Source: Nitrososphaeria archaeon
GTDB taxonomy: Archaea > Thermoproteota > Nitrososphaeria > JACIWG01
Direction: 5' to 3'
Length of the DNA stretch: 64,000 bases
Assembly: GCA_963752255.1 (NCBI GenBank)
Contig: CAVVXT010000010.1
Location: 110,217-174,216, forward strand
Shown here one piece after another: positions 1 to 11,319 of the stretch. The notes beneath the pieces were generated by a model. It made no database searches and had not been told where the DNA came from. It worked only from the letters and a program-made list of their open reading frames with translations. The translations under genes and the position numbers were made by a program. Position 1 is the first letter of the stretch. The number at the start of each line of letters is the position of its first letter.

Positions 1-32
1 GTAATGAAATTCTCAAGAAGGCTCCCCAGGAA

Positions 33-602
33 GTGGGAAATGCCTTACAAGAAAATCACATGGAAGATCTTCTTTCGAGAATTGGAGAGCAGGTGAACTA
101 CATGAATAAAATAATCTCAGACCTACAAGATTATTCAAAGCCCCTAAAACCAAACCTTGTCGAGACCAATTTGTTGGATTTAATCAACGACACCGTCTCT
201 AATATCGCTGTTGCAGAAAATGTTAAGGTTGCAATTAAGACTCCAGAAAATTTCCCTAGAGTTCCAATAGATTCTTCTATGATGAAAAGGGTGTTCGTTA
301 ATCTTGCTAACAATGCTATGCAGGCGATGTCAGAGGGGGGCCAACTGACCTTTGAGTCTTTAATTTCTGATGGGACATTAACAATTAGTGTCCAAGATAC
401 TGGAGTCGGCATACCCGCAGAAAACATGGACAAGTTGTTTCAGCCTTTATTTACAACCAAATCCAAGGGACAAGGATTCGGCCTAGCCGTCTGCAAGCGA
501 ATAGTAGAGGCTCACGGTGGAAGCATTTCCGTAGTAAGTGAATCAGGTAAAGGATCAATATTCACAATTAGGATTCCAATTGGAAAGTTAAAATACTCCT
601 AA
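33..602 (+). CDS. Sensor histidine kinase, C-terminal part (HATPase_c); gene probably begins before the window
   Basis: N box (VFVNLANNAMQAM), G1 (DTGVGI), F box (LFQPLFTTK), G2 (GQGFGL). Confidence 0.9.
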   Translation: MGNALQENHMEDLLSRIGEQVNYMNKIISDLQDYSKPLKPNLVETNLLDLINDTVSNIAVAENVKVAIKTPENFPRVPIDSSMMKRVFVNLANNAMQAMSEGGQLTFESLISDGTLTISVQDTGVGIPAENMDKLFQPLFTTKSKGQGFGLAVCKRIVEAHGGSISVVSESGKGSIFTIRIPIGKLKYS

Positions 603-603
603 A

Positions 604-1092
604 GTGATTAGAATAGTGTTAAAGAGAAGATCAAGAATGGTGGGATTTGAAAATTCAAAAATCCTAATTGTAGATGACGATAGGGACATTTTACGAAGTT
701 TAAAGGAGATTCTGCAGTCAAAAGGATACGAAATAGACATGGCAGAGACGGGCCAGAGTGCAGTTGAAAAAGCCAAGGCAAAATACTTCAACTTAGCTTT
801 ACTAGATATTAAACTACCAGACATCGAGGGCACAGATCTGCTCGCAAAGATTCATAAGGCTAAACCTGAAATGATGAAGATAATGATAACAGGTTATCCA
901 TCGTTGGATAACGCCGTTAAAGCGCTCAATCTTGGAGCAGACGCGTATATAATGAAGCCGGTTAATCCGGAAAACCTACTCAAAGTTGTTGAAGAAAAAC
1001 TGAAGGCGCAGAAGGAAGCAGAAGGTATGACAGAAGAAAAGATTGCGGAATGGATTGAAAATCGCATTCAGAAGCTTGAGCAAAAGAAGTAA
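604..1092 (+). CDS. Response regulator (receiver domain)
   Basis: ILIVDDD, LLDIKLPD phosphoacceptor, MITG, YIMKP; directly follows the kinase. Confidence 0.92.
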   Translation: MIRIVLKRRSRMVGFENSKILIVDDDRDILRSLKEILQSKGYEIDMAETGQSAVEKAKAKYFNLALLDIKLPDIEGTDLLAKIHKAKPEMMKIMITGYPSLDNAVKALNLGADAYIMKPVNPENLLKVVEEKLKAQKEAEGMTEEKIAEWIENRIQKLEQKK

Positions 1093-1177
1093 GTGTGAAG
1101 AATCAATAACAAATATCGACAAGAAATAAACCACATATATTATTTTTTATGGAATAAAGAAAGATTTAATTGAGTAA

Positions 1178-1600
1178 GTGTTATCGTCGAGCTCAATGGC
1201 CATTATTTCCTATCCGCATGTAACTTGGCAATGTCAGCGATGTGGAAAATGCTGCAAGGATCATGGAGAAAGAAAAAGGCGGATACTGTTAACAGACCAT
1301 GATATGGAACGTATAAAAGAAGCTTTTATTGGAGAGAGATTCTGCACAATCATTAAGAATAATGGCCCATACAAGTATCAGATGATACTGGAAAATGGTT
1401 CATGCATCTTTCTATCTAGGAATAGGTGTACAATCTATAATAGAAGACCTCTAATCTGCAGGTTCTATCCCTTCTCAATGGTAGAAGATGGAGGTTACAT
1501 ATTCGAGGTAGATGCGGACTGTCCAGGTGTCGGTCTTGGTAAATGTGCCACAAAAAAAGTTTTTACTAAGCTTGTAGAGGAGGCCAAGGAATTACTGTAA
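1178..1600 (+). CDS. YkgJ-family cysteine-cluster (CxxCxxCC) protein
   Basis: CQRCGKCC, CIFL, CTIYNRRPLICRFYPF, CPG. Confidence 0.88.
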   Translation: MLSSSSMAIISYPHVTWQCQRCGKCCKDHGERKRRILLTDHDMERIKEAFIGERFCTIIKNNGPYKYQMILENGSCIFLSRNRCTIYNRRPLICRFYPFSMVEDGGYIFEVDADCPGVGLGKCATKKVFTKLVEEAKELL

Positions 1601-1870
1601 CAGTTTAAGAGGACAGATAAAAAGAAAGGGGCTAAATATCATTGTGGCTTTTATAGTAGTTAGAACTCAGAGAAGAAGAACATCTATAACTTCTAGCTAA
1701 ATCAGCTTTCTTCCTGAACAATGTTGCAATATCGTCGTAGGGAAAAACATTTATCAACAGTACCAATTATAAGCATACAGTAATATGGCCAATACCAACG
1801 GAGCTGCAGCTACAACACCAAACACTCAGAAGCTAAACTAGAGAATTAAAACAGTATAGGGTTCGTTTGA

Positions 1871-2557
1871 TCAGGAATCCTCACTTGCTTGATAGGGTCT
1901 TTCATATAACCTATCCTCCACAGCATTTTCCTTTGCAGCCTTTTTCCATGCGGTGTCTCCGAACCAGGTGAACATCAGTGGGGATACCAGTGGCCTCTTC
2001 ATCAGTTTTATTGCCTCATCAGGTAATGGTTTATCTTCGTAAATTGCGTTTGCGACAATTTCCAAAGCTTTTCTAACACTACCACCTATTCTTCCTAGGT
2101 CTTCAAGGTTTATTCCTCCAATCGCCCCACCACCTCCTAAAGCAAGACCTCCGATCCATTCAATTTTTGTTTCAGAAGCAAACTTCCTACAGATAGCATG
2201 AGCAGTCTCGCTCTGGCTTGCTTCTGGAAAACCGCTATTTGATAACGAAAGTATCTTCTGTTTTTTGGGCTCTTTTTGCAGCGAACGGTGTTTAAAAATC
2301 AGTTCTAACAGAGCAATGACTTGAGATGGAAGGTTGTCCACGTACAACGGAAACGTAAGTATCAAAAGATCAGCATCATCAATAGATTGAAGTATGTGAA
2401 CGGCATCTTTATCGGTTTTCATGGCATCATAAATGTAGATCTTATCGCTTACAAAACCTTGTTTCTCTAATTTTTTTATGAGATAGTCCCCTAAGGCATT
2501 TGATGTGCTAGCGTAACTTTTTGGGCTTCCTATAAGAACTATTACATGTTTAGACAT
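1871..2557 (-). CDS. NAD(P)H-dependent FMN reductase / flavodoxin-like protein
   Basis: LIGSPK..STS, TFPLYVDNLPS, NSGFPE. Confidence 0.8.
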   Translation of the reverse strand: MSKHVIVLIGSPKSYASTSNALGDYLIKKLEKQGFVSDKIYIYDAMKTDKDAVHILQSIDDADLLILTFPLYVDNLPSQVIALLELIFKHRSLQKEPKKQKILSLSNSGFPEASQSETAHAICRKFASETKIEWIGGLALGGGGAIGGINLEDLGRIGGSVRKALEIVANAIYEDKPLPDEAIKLMKRPLVSPLMFTWFGDTAWKKAAKENAVEDRLYERPYQASEDS

Positions 2558-3186
2558 TTTTGATCAATAACCTCTGCTATAGCTTCAGCAACTTTTTTGT
2601 ATACGTCTTCTGGGGCGTCGTTAGGATAGACGACTCTTGCTGAATATTTTTCGCTGTAGAAGTTTATGGAATTGCGCTCGATCAACTTTTTGAATATCGT
2701 TTCACTTTCTTGGTCAGGACTTGGAAGGAAACCTATTCCAACCATTTTCGGATATTTCTCATATCGCGCACTATGGTGTATTTCGCCTCCAATTTTCGTA
2801 TAAAAGGGTAGGATGTTTGGTAGCATACGTTCAAGAGCTTTCTTCAACCATGGCGAATATCCTCCAAAAACGACAGGAGAAAGCAGGATAACTAGGTCAC
2901 TTTGAACATTTTCCTTTGCAATAGAGCGTCCTATATCATCTATTACGCACACACCCGGCGTCTTTTTCCAACAATCAAAACAGCCAAAGCAACTTGATAT
3001 ATTTTGATCTCGAAGAATTAATGCTTTGATTTGGTAATTTCTTTCCTTTAGAATATCCTGGATCTTGTCCATTATGCAAGCTGATATAAAATCCCCTTTT
3101 CTGGACCCATCCAGGATTAAAGCCTTCATATAATCATCATTCGATAGCACTGGTTCAACTTTTACATGACTAGATAAACTTTTCAC
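2542..3186 (-). CDS. Flavodoxin-family / iron-sulfur flavoprotein-like protein
   Basis: LDGSR, CFGCFDCW...PGVC, SPVVFGGYS. Confidence 0.8.
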   Translation of the reverse strand: MKSLSSHVKVEPVLSNDDYMKALILDGSRKGDFISACIMDKIQDILKERNYQIKALILRDQNISSCFGCFDCWKKTPGVCVIDDIGRSIAKENVQSDLVILLSPVVFGGYSPWLKKALERMLPNILPFYTKIGGEIHHSARYEKYPKMVGIGFLPSPDQESETIFKKLIERNSINFYSEKYSARVVYPNDAPEDVYKKVAEAIAEVIDQKCLNM

Positions 3187-3866
3187 AAAATAGCAAGAAG
3201 CTCTTTAAGACTGTTGACCTTATAATCCGGAATCTCAAAATCGTTTATAGGATTGAGGTTGACCATAACACCTTGCTTTACCCTTATAGTCCTGAAACCT
3301 AGTAGCTTAGATGGCCCCATGTCGATATCAAGTCTGTCACCGATCATTGTCGAATCTTCAGGACTACATTTCGCCATCTTCAATGCCAGCTGGAATATCC
3401 TTGTATCCGGTTTCCTCAGCTTAACCTGCTCAGATAAGACTATGACACTAAAATATTCTGCGAGCCCAAAAGAGTTTATCCTTTGCCTCGTGCCCACTGG
3501 TTGGTTAGCTATTATACCTAACTTGTACTTTTTACTTAGCTCAGAAACCGTTTTTAGAGCGTCAGAATAAGGCTCCATTTTTTCCAGATACCTTTTCAAA
3601 GCATATTTTTTATATCGTTCAACAATTTTTAGCATAATTTTCTTATCACTCGAAAAGTGTTCGGTGAGCGTTTTTGCAAGCCCAAAATATGCTGCGCCGC
3701 CAAACCTTCTCTCTTCAATTATCTTCTTTAAAGTTTCATCAAAATCTTCATGAGTGATCTTAGCTCCTGAACGCTCAATCATTTCATAAACGTATCCAAA
3801 CAGGTACTTGTCAAATGCCTCCTCATTAACAAGAGTTGACCCAATATCGAAGAACAGCCATTTCAT
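3183..3866 (-). CDS. HAD-superfamily hydrolase
   Basis: FFDIGSTL, IIANQ, RKPD, MIGDRLDID. Confidence 0.88.
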   Translation of the reverse strand: MKWLFFDIGSTLVNEEAFDKYLFGYVYEMIERSGAKITHEDFDETLKKIIEERRFGGAAYFGLAKTLTEHFSSDKKIMLKIVERYKKYALKRYLEKMEPYSDALKTVSELSKKYKLGIIANQPVGTRQRINSFGLAEYFSVIVLSEQVKLRKPDTRIFQLALKMAKCSPEDSTMIGDRLDIDMGPSKLLGFRTIRVKQGVMVNLNPINDFEIPDYKVNSLKELLAIL

Positions 3867-3947
3867 TTTCCCTCGACAAACCTCTCAAAACAGGCAATTT
3901 AACGATTTATTTGATTTATTTTTTCTGTAGAAGATATTCATTTTACT

Positions 3948-5138
3948 CTAGCTTTTCCTAGTGCTAAGCATACTAGCTAATAATAAAGTGAAACTTAACG
4001 GAAACATCGATACCAAAGATGAAGATCCTATTAAAACTGCAGCGAGAGGTGGCGAGAGAGCCGATGTGGCCTGGAAGGTAGTCTGAGAGAGGCTGTATGC
4101 GATACCTCTTTTCTCTAAAGGTGTTAGGCTAGCTGTCATAGAGTTCACTGGAGGCCATAGTGTACAACTAAAGAAAGTGAATGACATAAACATGGCAGTT
4201 AAAATAAAAGCAGTCGGAGTAAAAGGCAAGAGGATGACGAACAATGACGTAATGCCGATTACGAGCATTAACATCTTAAAGTCGCCCAGACGACCTCCAA
4301 GATATCCGGAAAAAAGACCTCCTATGATACCTATTAGAGGACCGAGTGTGAAGATCAGGCTTGCCGTAGCAGCAGGAATCCCTCTACCTAGAACCATGTA
4401 AGTTGTCATAAATGTCTGGATTACAGCGATTCCTGCCTGGGACAGCCCTAAGGAAATAAGGAAGAAGATGAACATCTTGTTGAATATACTACCTTTGCTA
4501 TAAATTCCATCAGGCTTATACTTCCCGATATTTGTGGGTGCCACAATTTTGACTCTTAGAAGAAGAAAAGCCCAGATAAGAATTGGAACAATCCATATAA
4601 AATAAGCAATCCTCCACTGGTCGTACAGAAGAAATAGCGAAAGCCCAAATAACCCCATAGAGATACCGACTGATCCTAACGCAGCATGTATACCTGCTCC
4701 TCTTATCAGATCACGATCGGAAAGTGATCTACTAATAGTCGAAAGGCCTGGGTTATGATATAAAGGATTTGAGATTCCTATACATGCAAGTCCAAGGATA
4801 AGTAACTCAAAACTTGAGCTTTGATACACTATAAACCCTCCAAGAGCCTGCACCACCAAACCAAGAATAAGGATTGGTTTAGCTCCTATATTGTCAACAA
4901 AGTGGCCTACAACCACATTCATCAGGATTCCCACCGCAGTCGGAACAGCGGCGATTAAAGAAACTTGAAAAAGTGTCAGGTGAAACTCTGTTATGAACAC
5001 CGGTATAAGAGCAAGGTGCATCATAAGGTAAACCTCATTGAACATATGGGAAATATACATCGACCATATTTGGCTCCTTAATGGCCTTGTTATTGGGTTT
5101 GCTAGAATTTTAACGGACGTGACAAATCTACGCAACAT
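3948..5138 (-). CDS. MFS transporter
   Basis: About 12 hydrophobic segments; motif-A-like GHFVDNIGAK and GYLGGRLGD. Confidence 0.88.
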   Translation of the reverse strand: MLRRFVTSVKILANPITRPLRSQIWSMYISHMFNEVYLMMHLALIPVFITEFHLTLFQVSLIAAVPTAVGILMNVVVGHFVDNIGAKPILILGLVVQALGGFIVYQSSSFELLILGLACIGISNPLYHNPGLSTISRSLSDRDLIRGAGIHAALGSVGISMGLFGLSLFLLYDQWRIAYFIWIVPILIWAFLLLRVKIVAPTNIGKYKPDGIYSKGSIFNKMFIFFLISLGLSQAGIAVIQTFMTTYMVLGRGIPAATASLIFTLGPLIGIIGGLFSGYLGGRLGDFKMLMLVIGITSLFVILLPFTPTAFILTAMFMSFTFFSCTLWPPVNSMTASLTPLEKRGIAYSLSQTTFQATSALSPPLAAVLIGSSSLVSMFPLSFTLLLASMLSTRKS

Positions 5139-5218
5139 TTCATGTTGTAATATAAATCTTTTTAGAACATGGGAACCGTTAAATATCGCCTTAAAAAAAG
5201 AATCTAATTAAGATAGGA

Positions 5219-5400
5219 TTGTTCGGTATAGCCTGCGAAAAATGTCCTAGGGTAGTTCAACATGGGTGTGCGCCTAAGGAAAACGAATTCTTTCGAATAG
5301 CAACTTACGCCTATTATGAGGGAGTTAATTTCCCTATGAAACTACAAAACATGGGCCGATTGATTACGGATACTGCCCATTCATATCCTGTAAGGATTAA
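5219..5400 (+). pseudogene. Degraded small Cys-rich (DUF3795-like) protein
   Basis: GIACEKCP start; a shifted frame reads FPYETTKHGPIDYGYCPFISCKD*. Confidence 0.4.
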
Positions 5401-5422
5401 TATTACGCAGGGTCGATAAACT

Positions 5423-6544
5423 ATGGTAGGGTCTAACAGGGAACGTTTTCTTGCAGTGCTGAAACATAGGATACCGGATAAGGTGCCGATAACGGATTTG
5501 GACATAGACGGCTCAATCGTAGAAAAGATCACAGGAGTCAATACAAGTGGAGGTGGGCAGCAATCTCCAATGATAGATAGAACAAACAGTTGGAAGAAGG
5601 TTCTAAGGAACGTCGACGCACTAATTGATACGCACAGGGCGTTAGACTTTGACGCCTTTTTGCTCACTAACTACAGAATGTCGAGGAAAGGGTATAAGCC
5701 CAAATTCCTCGATAAGGAAACTTTTGTTGACGAATGGGGTAGAAGGATGAAGATAAGAAAGGATACAGATATAGTATGGTATTGTGGGGGAACAATAAAC
5801 ACAGAGGAAGAGCTTGAGGCGTTCAACCCCCCTAACGTGCACGAACCCGGTAGAGAAGAGGTCCTCCTCCATGCAATAAAGAATGCAGGGGAAGAAATGG
5901 CTGTTGGAGGAGAGGTGCAAACGGGTTTTGTGATATCCTGGGAAGCCAGAGGCGGCTTGGACAAGTTTGTAATAGACATGTATAGAAATCCCACATTTGC
6001 GAAGAAGGTGATGAAAAAGTTCGCAGATGCTTGCTTTGAATTCGCTAAGATGATGTTAGATGACGGTGTTGATCTTTTAGTTTTGACCGACGATTACGCC
6101 GATAATCATGGTCCAATCATAAGCCCAGCCCTTTTCAGAGAATTCGAGCTCCCATACCTAAAGCGTGTTATAGAAACTGCAAATAACAGGAATGTTCCAG
6201 TCATGAAACACAGTGACGGTAACCTGTATCCTCTATTAGACGACCTGATCGATGCAGGTATTTCAGGACTACATCCCATCGAGCCCGGACCAATGGATAT
6301 AGCTGATGTAAAAAAGAGATATGGTGATAGAATATTTTTGGGAGGCAATGTCGACTGTAAAAGGATCCTACCTTATGGTTCAGAATCAGATGTTAGAAAA
6401 GATGTTAGAAGGGTAATCGATGCCGCAGGAAAGGACGGTGGGCTCGTACTTACGTCAAGTAATTCCCTGCACTCCGGTGTGAAGGTTGATAACATATTCA
6501 CAATGGTCGACGAAGCTAGAAAATATGGTAAATATATAACGTAG
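5423..6544 (+). CDS. Uroporphyrinogen decarboxylase-family (MtaA/CmuA-like) protein
   Basis: RERF...PDKVP, DEWG, TDDYAD, KHSDG, LHPIEP, GNVDC, SSNSLH. Confidence 0.88.
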   Translation: MVGSNRERFLAVLKHRIPDKVPITDLDIDGSIVEKITGVNTSGGGQQSPMIDRTNSWKKVLRNVDALIDTHRALDFDAFLLTNYRMSRKGYKPKFLDKETFVDEWGRRMKIRKDTDIVWYCGGTINTEEELEAFNPPNVHEPGREEVLLHAIKNAGEEMAVGGEVQTGFVISWEARGGLDKFVIDMYRNPTFAKKVMKKFADACFEFAKMMLDDGVDLLVLTDDYADNHGPIISPALFREFELPYLKRVIETANNRNVPVMKHSDGNLYPLLDDLIDAGISGLHPIEPGPMDIADVKKRYGDRIFLGGNVDCKRILPYGSESDVRKDVRRVIDAAGKDGGLVLTSSNSLHSGVKVDNIFTMVDEARKYGKYIT

Positions 6545-6642
6545 AATGGATCGGATTAAATCGACATTGAATGAATAGCTTGTTGTGAGCCATATAAATT
6601 TATAAAAGAAGAATTCCTATTTTAAGGATGAGGTTTTAGAAT

Positions 6643-7839
6643 TTGAAGGTTACGGATATTAAACCGTTCTCTAGACCAGTTATCGGAAAGGTTATCGGAA
6701 AACCGGTTTTTCAAGATGCAATAAACTATGGTGGGAACATTATCCGATGGACATACACTGAAATTTTGACTGATGAAGGGATTACAGGAATAATTCCATA
6801 CGACATGTCAGCCTATATGTTAGAGTTACTGAAGCCAGCCGTAGTCGGAGAAGATCCAATGGATATTCAGAAGGTATGGAATCAAATGTACTGGAGGAGC
6901 TTTAATGAAGGACGGAAAGGATCCGCGATCATTGCTATGAGTCAGATCGACATCGGGCTATGGGATATAATCGGAAAGAAGCTTAAAACGCCTGTCTACA
7001 GGCTTCTCGGAGGTTACAGAGATAGGGTTCCGGGATATGGTAGCGGTGGTGTTCTTTCATTAAGCAGGGATCAGCTGGTAAAAGAACAATTAAATTGGGT
7101 GGAGGCTGGATTCAAGGCCGTAAAGATGAAGGTTGGGCGACGTGATCCGAGGGAAGATATAGAAAGAGTTAGGGCTGTGCGACAAGCGGTAGGAAACAAC
7201 ATAGACCTGATGGTTGATGCAAACAATGGCTGGACCACAAGCACAGCTATTCAGATGGCTAAAAGACTGGAACGTTTTGACGTCAGATGGCTCGAAGAGC
7301 CTGTCGTTGCGGAAGACTATGAAGGTTATCCTAGAGTTTCTGCATCCACGGATATTCCAATTGCTGGAGGAGAAAGCGAATATACAAAATTCGGGTTCAA
7401 AGAGCTTTTCGTCAGAAAATGTGTCGACATATGCCAAGCTGATGTAGGTAAAGTGGGAGGAATAACAGAGTACATGAAGATATCAGCCATGGCCGAAGCG
7501 TTCAACATACCTATGTGTCCACATGGTCTAGGCTTAGTCAGCGCACATTGTGTTGCGGCAACTTCCAACGGTATGACTGTAGAGTTCTTCGATGGGAACC
7601 GGCTACCCAACAACACAATGAGGAAGTTTCAAGAAGATACCGGACGAAAGTTCATGCCAAACAGCATTCAACCAATTAAGGGATGGATTGATCTTCCAAA
7701 AGTTCCCGGCTTAGGGTTAGATCCCGACTTGGACGCTATAGAAGAATATCGTAGAAAGTACAAATTCAAAAACGAAGAATTATATGGAGGACCTGGAACA
7801 AAACCTCCGTTTAACAACAACATGTTTCTCTCACTATAA
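6643..7839 (+). CDS. Mandelate racemase/muconate lactonizing enzyme family (enolase superfamily) protein
   Basis: KMKVG, MVDAN, WLEEP, GGESE, CPHG, PGLG. Confidence 0.92.
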   Translation: MKVTDIKPFSRPVIGKVIGKPVFQDAINYGGNIIRWTYTEILTDEGITGIIPYDMSAYMLELLKPAVVGEDPMDIQKVWNQMYWRSFNEGRKGSAIIAMSQIDIGLWDIIGKKLKTPVYRLLGGYRDRVPGYGSGGVLSLSRDQLVKEQLNWVEAGFKAVKMKVGRRDPREDIERVRAVRQAVGNNIDLMVDANNGWTTSTAIQMAKRLERFDVRWLEEPVVAEDYEGYPRVSASTDIPIAGGESEYTKFGFKELFVRKCVDICQADVGKVGGITEYMKISAMAEAFNIPMCPHGLGLVSAHCVAATSNGMTVEFFDGNRLPNNTMRKFQEDTGRKFMPNSIQPIKGWIDLPKVPGLGLDPDLDAIEEYRRKYKFKNEELYGGPGTKPPFNNNMFLSL

Positions 7840-8000
7840 AGATAGAAGAAAAGAAAAAATAGATGCTCCAGATAATGCGACTTCATACGTAGTTAGAATA
7901 TTTTTTGCGGTTTTGATGACCTTCTTCTGATCTTGTTTAAAGGAAGGATTAATAATTTTGATATAGAAAGGATTAAATCAATCTAGATTAATAAATATAT

Positions 8001-8880
8001 TTGATAATCTTGGAAAAGGATCCCTTCTTAGAAAAGATACTTGTTCTGGCGGATGGTTCTCCACTAAGTAACTTGGCAATGGACACATCCGTGAGAATGG
8101 TCAAGAAGACGGATGCAAAGGTAACAGTACTGCACGTTATCCCTGACAGAGCGTTGTACTCTGGTTTCTATCCTGAAAACATTCCTTATGATGTGATAAC
8201 TAAAATTTTTGATGACCTGGAAGAAAGGGGAAAGAAGATAATAAGTGAAGCTCAAGAAGTATTCAAAAAAGAGGGAATAGAAGTTGAAGCACAGATCATT
8301 AGAGGACCTGACCCAGCGGAAGTCGCGCTCGAATATTCGAGACAGGGATTTGATATCATTATAGTCGGCGCAAGAGGTGAAGACGAAAAAGATCCCAGAA
8401 TGCTTGGAAGCATTACCTAGGAAGGTTGTAATGAATGCCACAGTCCCTACTCTCATAATCAAGAAGGAATGTCCTCTGGAGCGATTTCTCGTGTGTGTCG
8501 ACGGGTCTGAACATTCAATAATAGCCCTAGATTATATTTCTAAGCTAGCCCAAGAGATGGGGTCAAAGATTACGATTATTAACGTAGAAGAACGTAAACT
8601 CTACGATATGTCGCCCAGGACTGCTGTAGAAGGTGGCCAATTGGTCATCTCGCACGCCCTTTCTTCAATCGGTAAGCCTGACCTACCTGTAGATAAAAGA
8701 GTAGAATTCGGGGTAACCTCAGATGTCTTAGTTGAAGTCGCAGAAAAAGAAGGCATTGACTTAATAGTCATGGGAAGTAGAGGTCTAGGAACCGTAAGAC
8801 GATTCTTACTTGGAAGCGTCAGCGATGACGTCAGCCAAAAAGCTAGAACTTCTGTCCTGATATTTCCTTGGAGAAAATAG
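8001..8880 (+). CDS. Tandem-domain universal stress protein (split by a frameshift near 8415)
   Basis: Two USP domains (DGSPLS/DGSEHS; VGARG...LGS; MGSRG...LLGSVS) in overlapping ORFs 8001-8420 and 8377-8880. Confidence 0.85.
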
Positions 8881-9162
8881 ATCCAAGGAGAAAAATTAAG
8901 ACTGCAAACCAGCAATGGAATGGTTCAACTCATAAAAGCGCCGAATCATTTATAGAAGCAAGGTTAAGTTTGATTATTTAACAGTTTATTCCCTATTTTT
9001 CTAATTATGATGCGATCCAGCGGAATTATTAATGACAGTAGAAAATTTTGTTTTCAAAAAAAATTATTTATTTCTGAATATTTTGTCAAATAGCTAATAA
9101 AATGTTTCTATACTAAACGTTTATGTGCTCTCCAAACATCTCAGCTTTAAGATGGACTATTT

Positions 9163-10011
9163 ATGGAGTACAAAGATTTTGGTAGGGCGAAAGTCAAAGT
9201 TTCTGCAATAGGAATGGGTACGTTCTTTGACGCAAAAGGTATAATGGAATCATTGATCCTTGGTCATCATAGGAACGAAAAGGAAAAGATTGAAGCATTG
9301 AAGAAAGGAATAGAGCTTGGCATCAATTTTATAGATACAGCTGAGGTATATCGCACAGAGAAATATATTGGCGAAGTCATCAAAGGCTATAAAAGGGAGG
9401 ACCTATTCATCGCGACAAAGGTTTCTTCATGGCATCTAAGGCATGAACAGGTCTTAAAAGCAGCCATACGGAGCTTAAGCAGGCTCCAGACTTCTTACAT
9501 CGACCTCTACCAGATACATATGCCGAATTCTAGAGTTCCCATCAAGGAAACCATGAATGCGATGGGGCAGCTTATTAAGGAAGGAAAGATCAGATATGTT
9601 GGGGTAAGTAATTTCTCACTTGACCAAGTTAAGGAGGCGGACAGTGTATTTTCGAACTCTGAACTGGTTTCCGTTCAAAACAAATATAATCTAGTTGACC
9701 GAGGTTTAGAAGTTGACATACTACCATACTGCATTAAGAATAACATAGTTATAATACCATATTTACCGCTGGCACATGGGAAACTTACAAAACCTTCTCG
9801 GAAACAGAAAGAAGTTTTAGACCATATCTCCGAGAAGTATGGAGGAAAGACACCGGCCCAAATAGCCTTGAACTGGTTTCTTTCCAAGAGTAAAATAATC
9901 TTTCCAATCCCAAGAGCTTCTAAACCAAGTAGAATCATAGAAAATGTTGGAGCAACAGGCTGGACAATGGAAAAAGATGACATCACCACATTAGAAAATA
10001 CTTTCCAATAA
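9163..10011 (+). CDS. Aldo/keto reductase
   Basis: IGMGT, DTAEVY, IATK, DLYQIH, GVSNF. Confidence 0.93.
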   Translation: MEYKDFGRAKVKVSAIGMGTFFDAKGIMESLILGHHRNEKEKIEALKKGIELGINFIDTAEVYRTEKYIGEVIKGYKREDLFIATKVSSWHLRHEQVLKAAIRSLSRLQTSYIDLYQIHMPNSRVPIKETMNAMGQLIKEGKIRYVGVSNFSLDQVKEADSVFSNSELVSVQNKYNLVDRGLEVDILPYCIKNNIVIIPYLPLAHGKLTKPSRKQKEVLDHISEKYGGKTPAQIALNWFLSKSKIIFPIPRASKPSRIIENVGATGWTMEKDDITTLENTFQ

Positions 10012-10031
10012 TAATAAAATGATATAACATC

Positions 10032-10472
10032 TCAAAAGGAGCTTGAATCTTCATTCGTTTTTTTGTCAAAATATTTTTTCAAAGGATTCCAGTAATAGTC
10101 GATCCAGCCTTGCCTATAATATTCCGCTTGTTCGGCAGGAACTTTAGAATGTGTCATATTAACTACTGTGCCACTTCTGGTCTTCCTGAACGTGAGCTTG
10201 AAGATCGAAGGTGGATAACCCGACGGCCATTCTGACGTCTTCCATTCCTGCACTATCTTCTTTCCTTTCACAAGTTCTAAATTCTTTCCAGATATATAGC
10301 CATCGCCTGCAGTAAATTTCTGTCCCACCTCAGGCACCCCAGTAGCCTTGGTACCAGTAAAAGCCGAGTGCACTTCAGGGTTCATAAAGGCTTCATAAAG
10401 CTTCTCAGGAGATGCTGTTACAGTTATCTTCTGCTTTATAGTTGATGTCTTAAATTCCATAAAACCCGCCAA
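10032..10472 (-). CDS. SRPBCC/AHSA1-like (activator of Hsp90 ATPase homolog) protein
   Basis: ASPEKLYEAF, KIVQEW, GWIDYYWNPLK. Confidence 0.85.
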   Translation of the reverse strand: MAGFMEFKTSTIKQKITVTASPEKLYEAFMNPEVHSAFTGTKATGVPEVGQKFTAGDGYISGKNLELVKGKKIVQEWKTSEWPSGYPPSIFKLTFRKTRSGTVVNMTHSKVPAEQAEYYRQGWIDYYWNPLKKYFDKKTNEDSSSF

Positions 10473-10681
10473 TAATATTAAATCGCGTAAATAATAAATT
10501 TTACCCGTATATGTTCGGGTTATTTTTTCATCTTTTGCTATAATTCTTTTCTAAAAAAGCGATAGATATTTACATAAGCGTTTCGCTAATATGTTCGTGA
10601 ATACATCTGACTAACAATAAACAGGCTGAGCCTTACCACATAACTATTGAGATAGAGAACAAACAGTGCAAGATACTAAGA

Positions 10682-11251
10682 ATGTTGGAACACCTTCGTA
10701 TACAGCATTTTGAAATGACCGATATCAGGAGTTATGCCCAACGTTCGACCGGACATCTGGTTAAGATGTCCAGGGAACAATTCAACAAATTGCCTAGAAA
10801 TTTCGTTGGAACTCAGACGGGTAACGTATCTGAGGGAGAAGCATCGGTATGGCTCAATAGTAAAGGTTGTGATGTCTGTGGAACAATATTATCTAATGAA
10901 TCATTCCTCGTGTCGGGAAGAAACATAGAGGGGTACACAATTGTCTACAGCTTTATAACGCCTAATTTTGACGCTTTCAAGAACATTATATCAACTTTAG
11001 AAGATAAGGGTTTTAAACCAAAGATAATGGAAGTTGGAAAATACACACCGAAGGGTAAGATCTTGACGAAAAAGCAGGAGAGCGTGCTTTGGTTTGCATT
11101 TAACATGGGCTTCTTTGACTATCCTAGGAAGATCAATTCGATAGAGCTTTCAAAAAAACTAGGAATAGGTGTTTCCACGTTTTCCGAAGTCACTAGAAGA
11201 GGTATACATAGATTGTTAGAGCACCATCTTGAGACCTTAGACTCCAGTTAA
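10682..11251 (+). CDS. HTH_10 (Bat-like) archaeal DNA-binding protein
   Basis: C-terminal LTKKQ...GFFDYPRKI...ELSKKLGI..STFSE..RRG. Confidence 0.85.
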   Translation: MLEHLRIQHFEMTDIRSYAQRSTGHLVKMSREQFNKLPRNFVGTQTGNVSEGEASVWLNSKGCDVCGTILSNESFLVSGRNIEGYTIVYSFITPNFDAFKNIISTLEDKGFKPKIMEVGKYTPKGKILTKKQESVLWFAFNMGFFDYPRKINSIELSKKLGIGVSTFSEVTRRGIHRLLEHHLETLDSS

Positions 11252-11319
11252 AAATCTAGAAAAAGCAATCCAAAGTCTCAGCTAAGTCGATTTAATAGAG
11301 GAAGCGATCTTTTTGTATG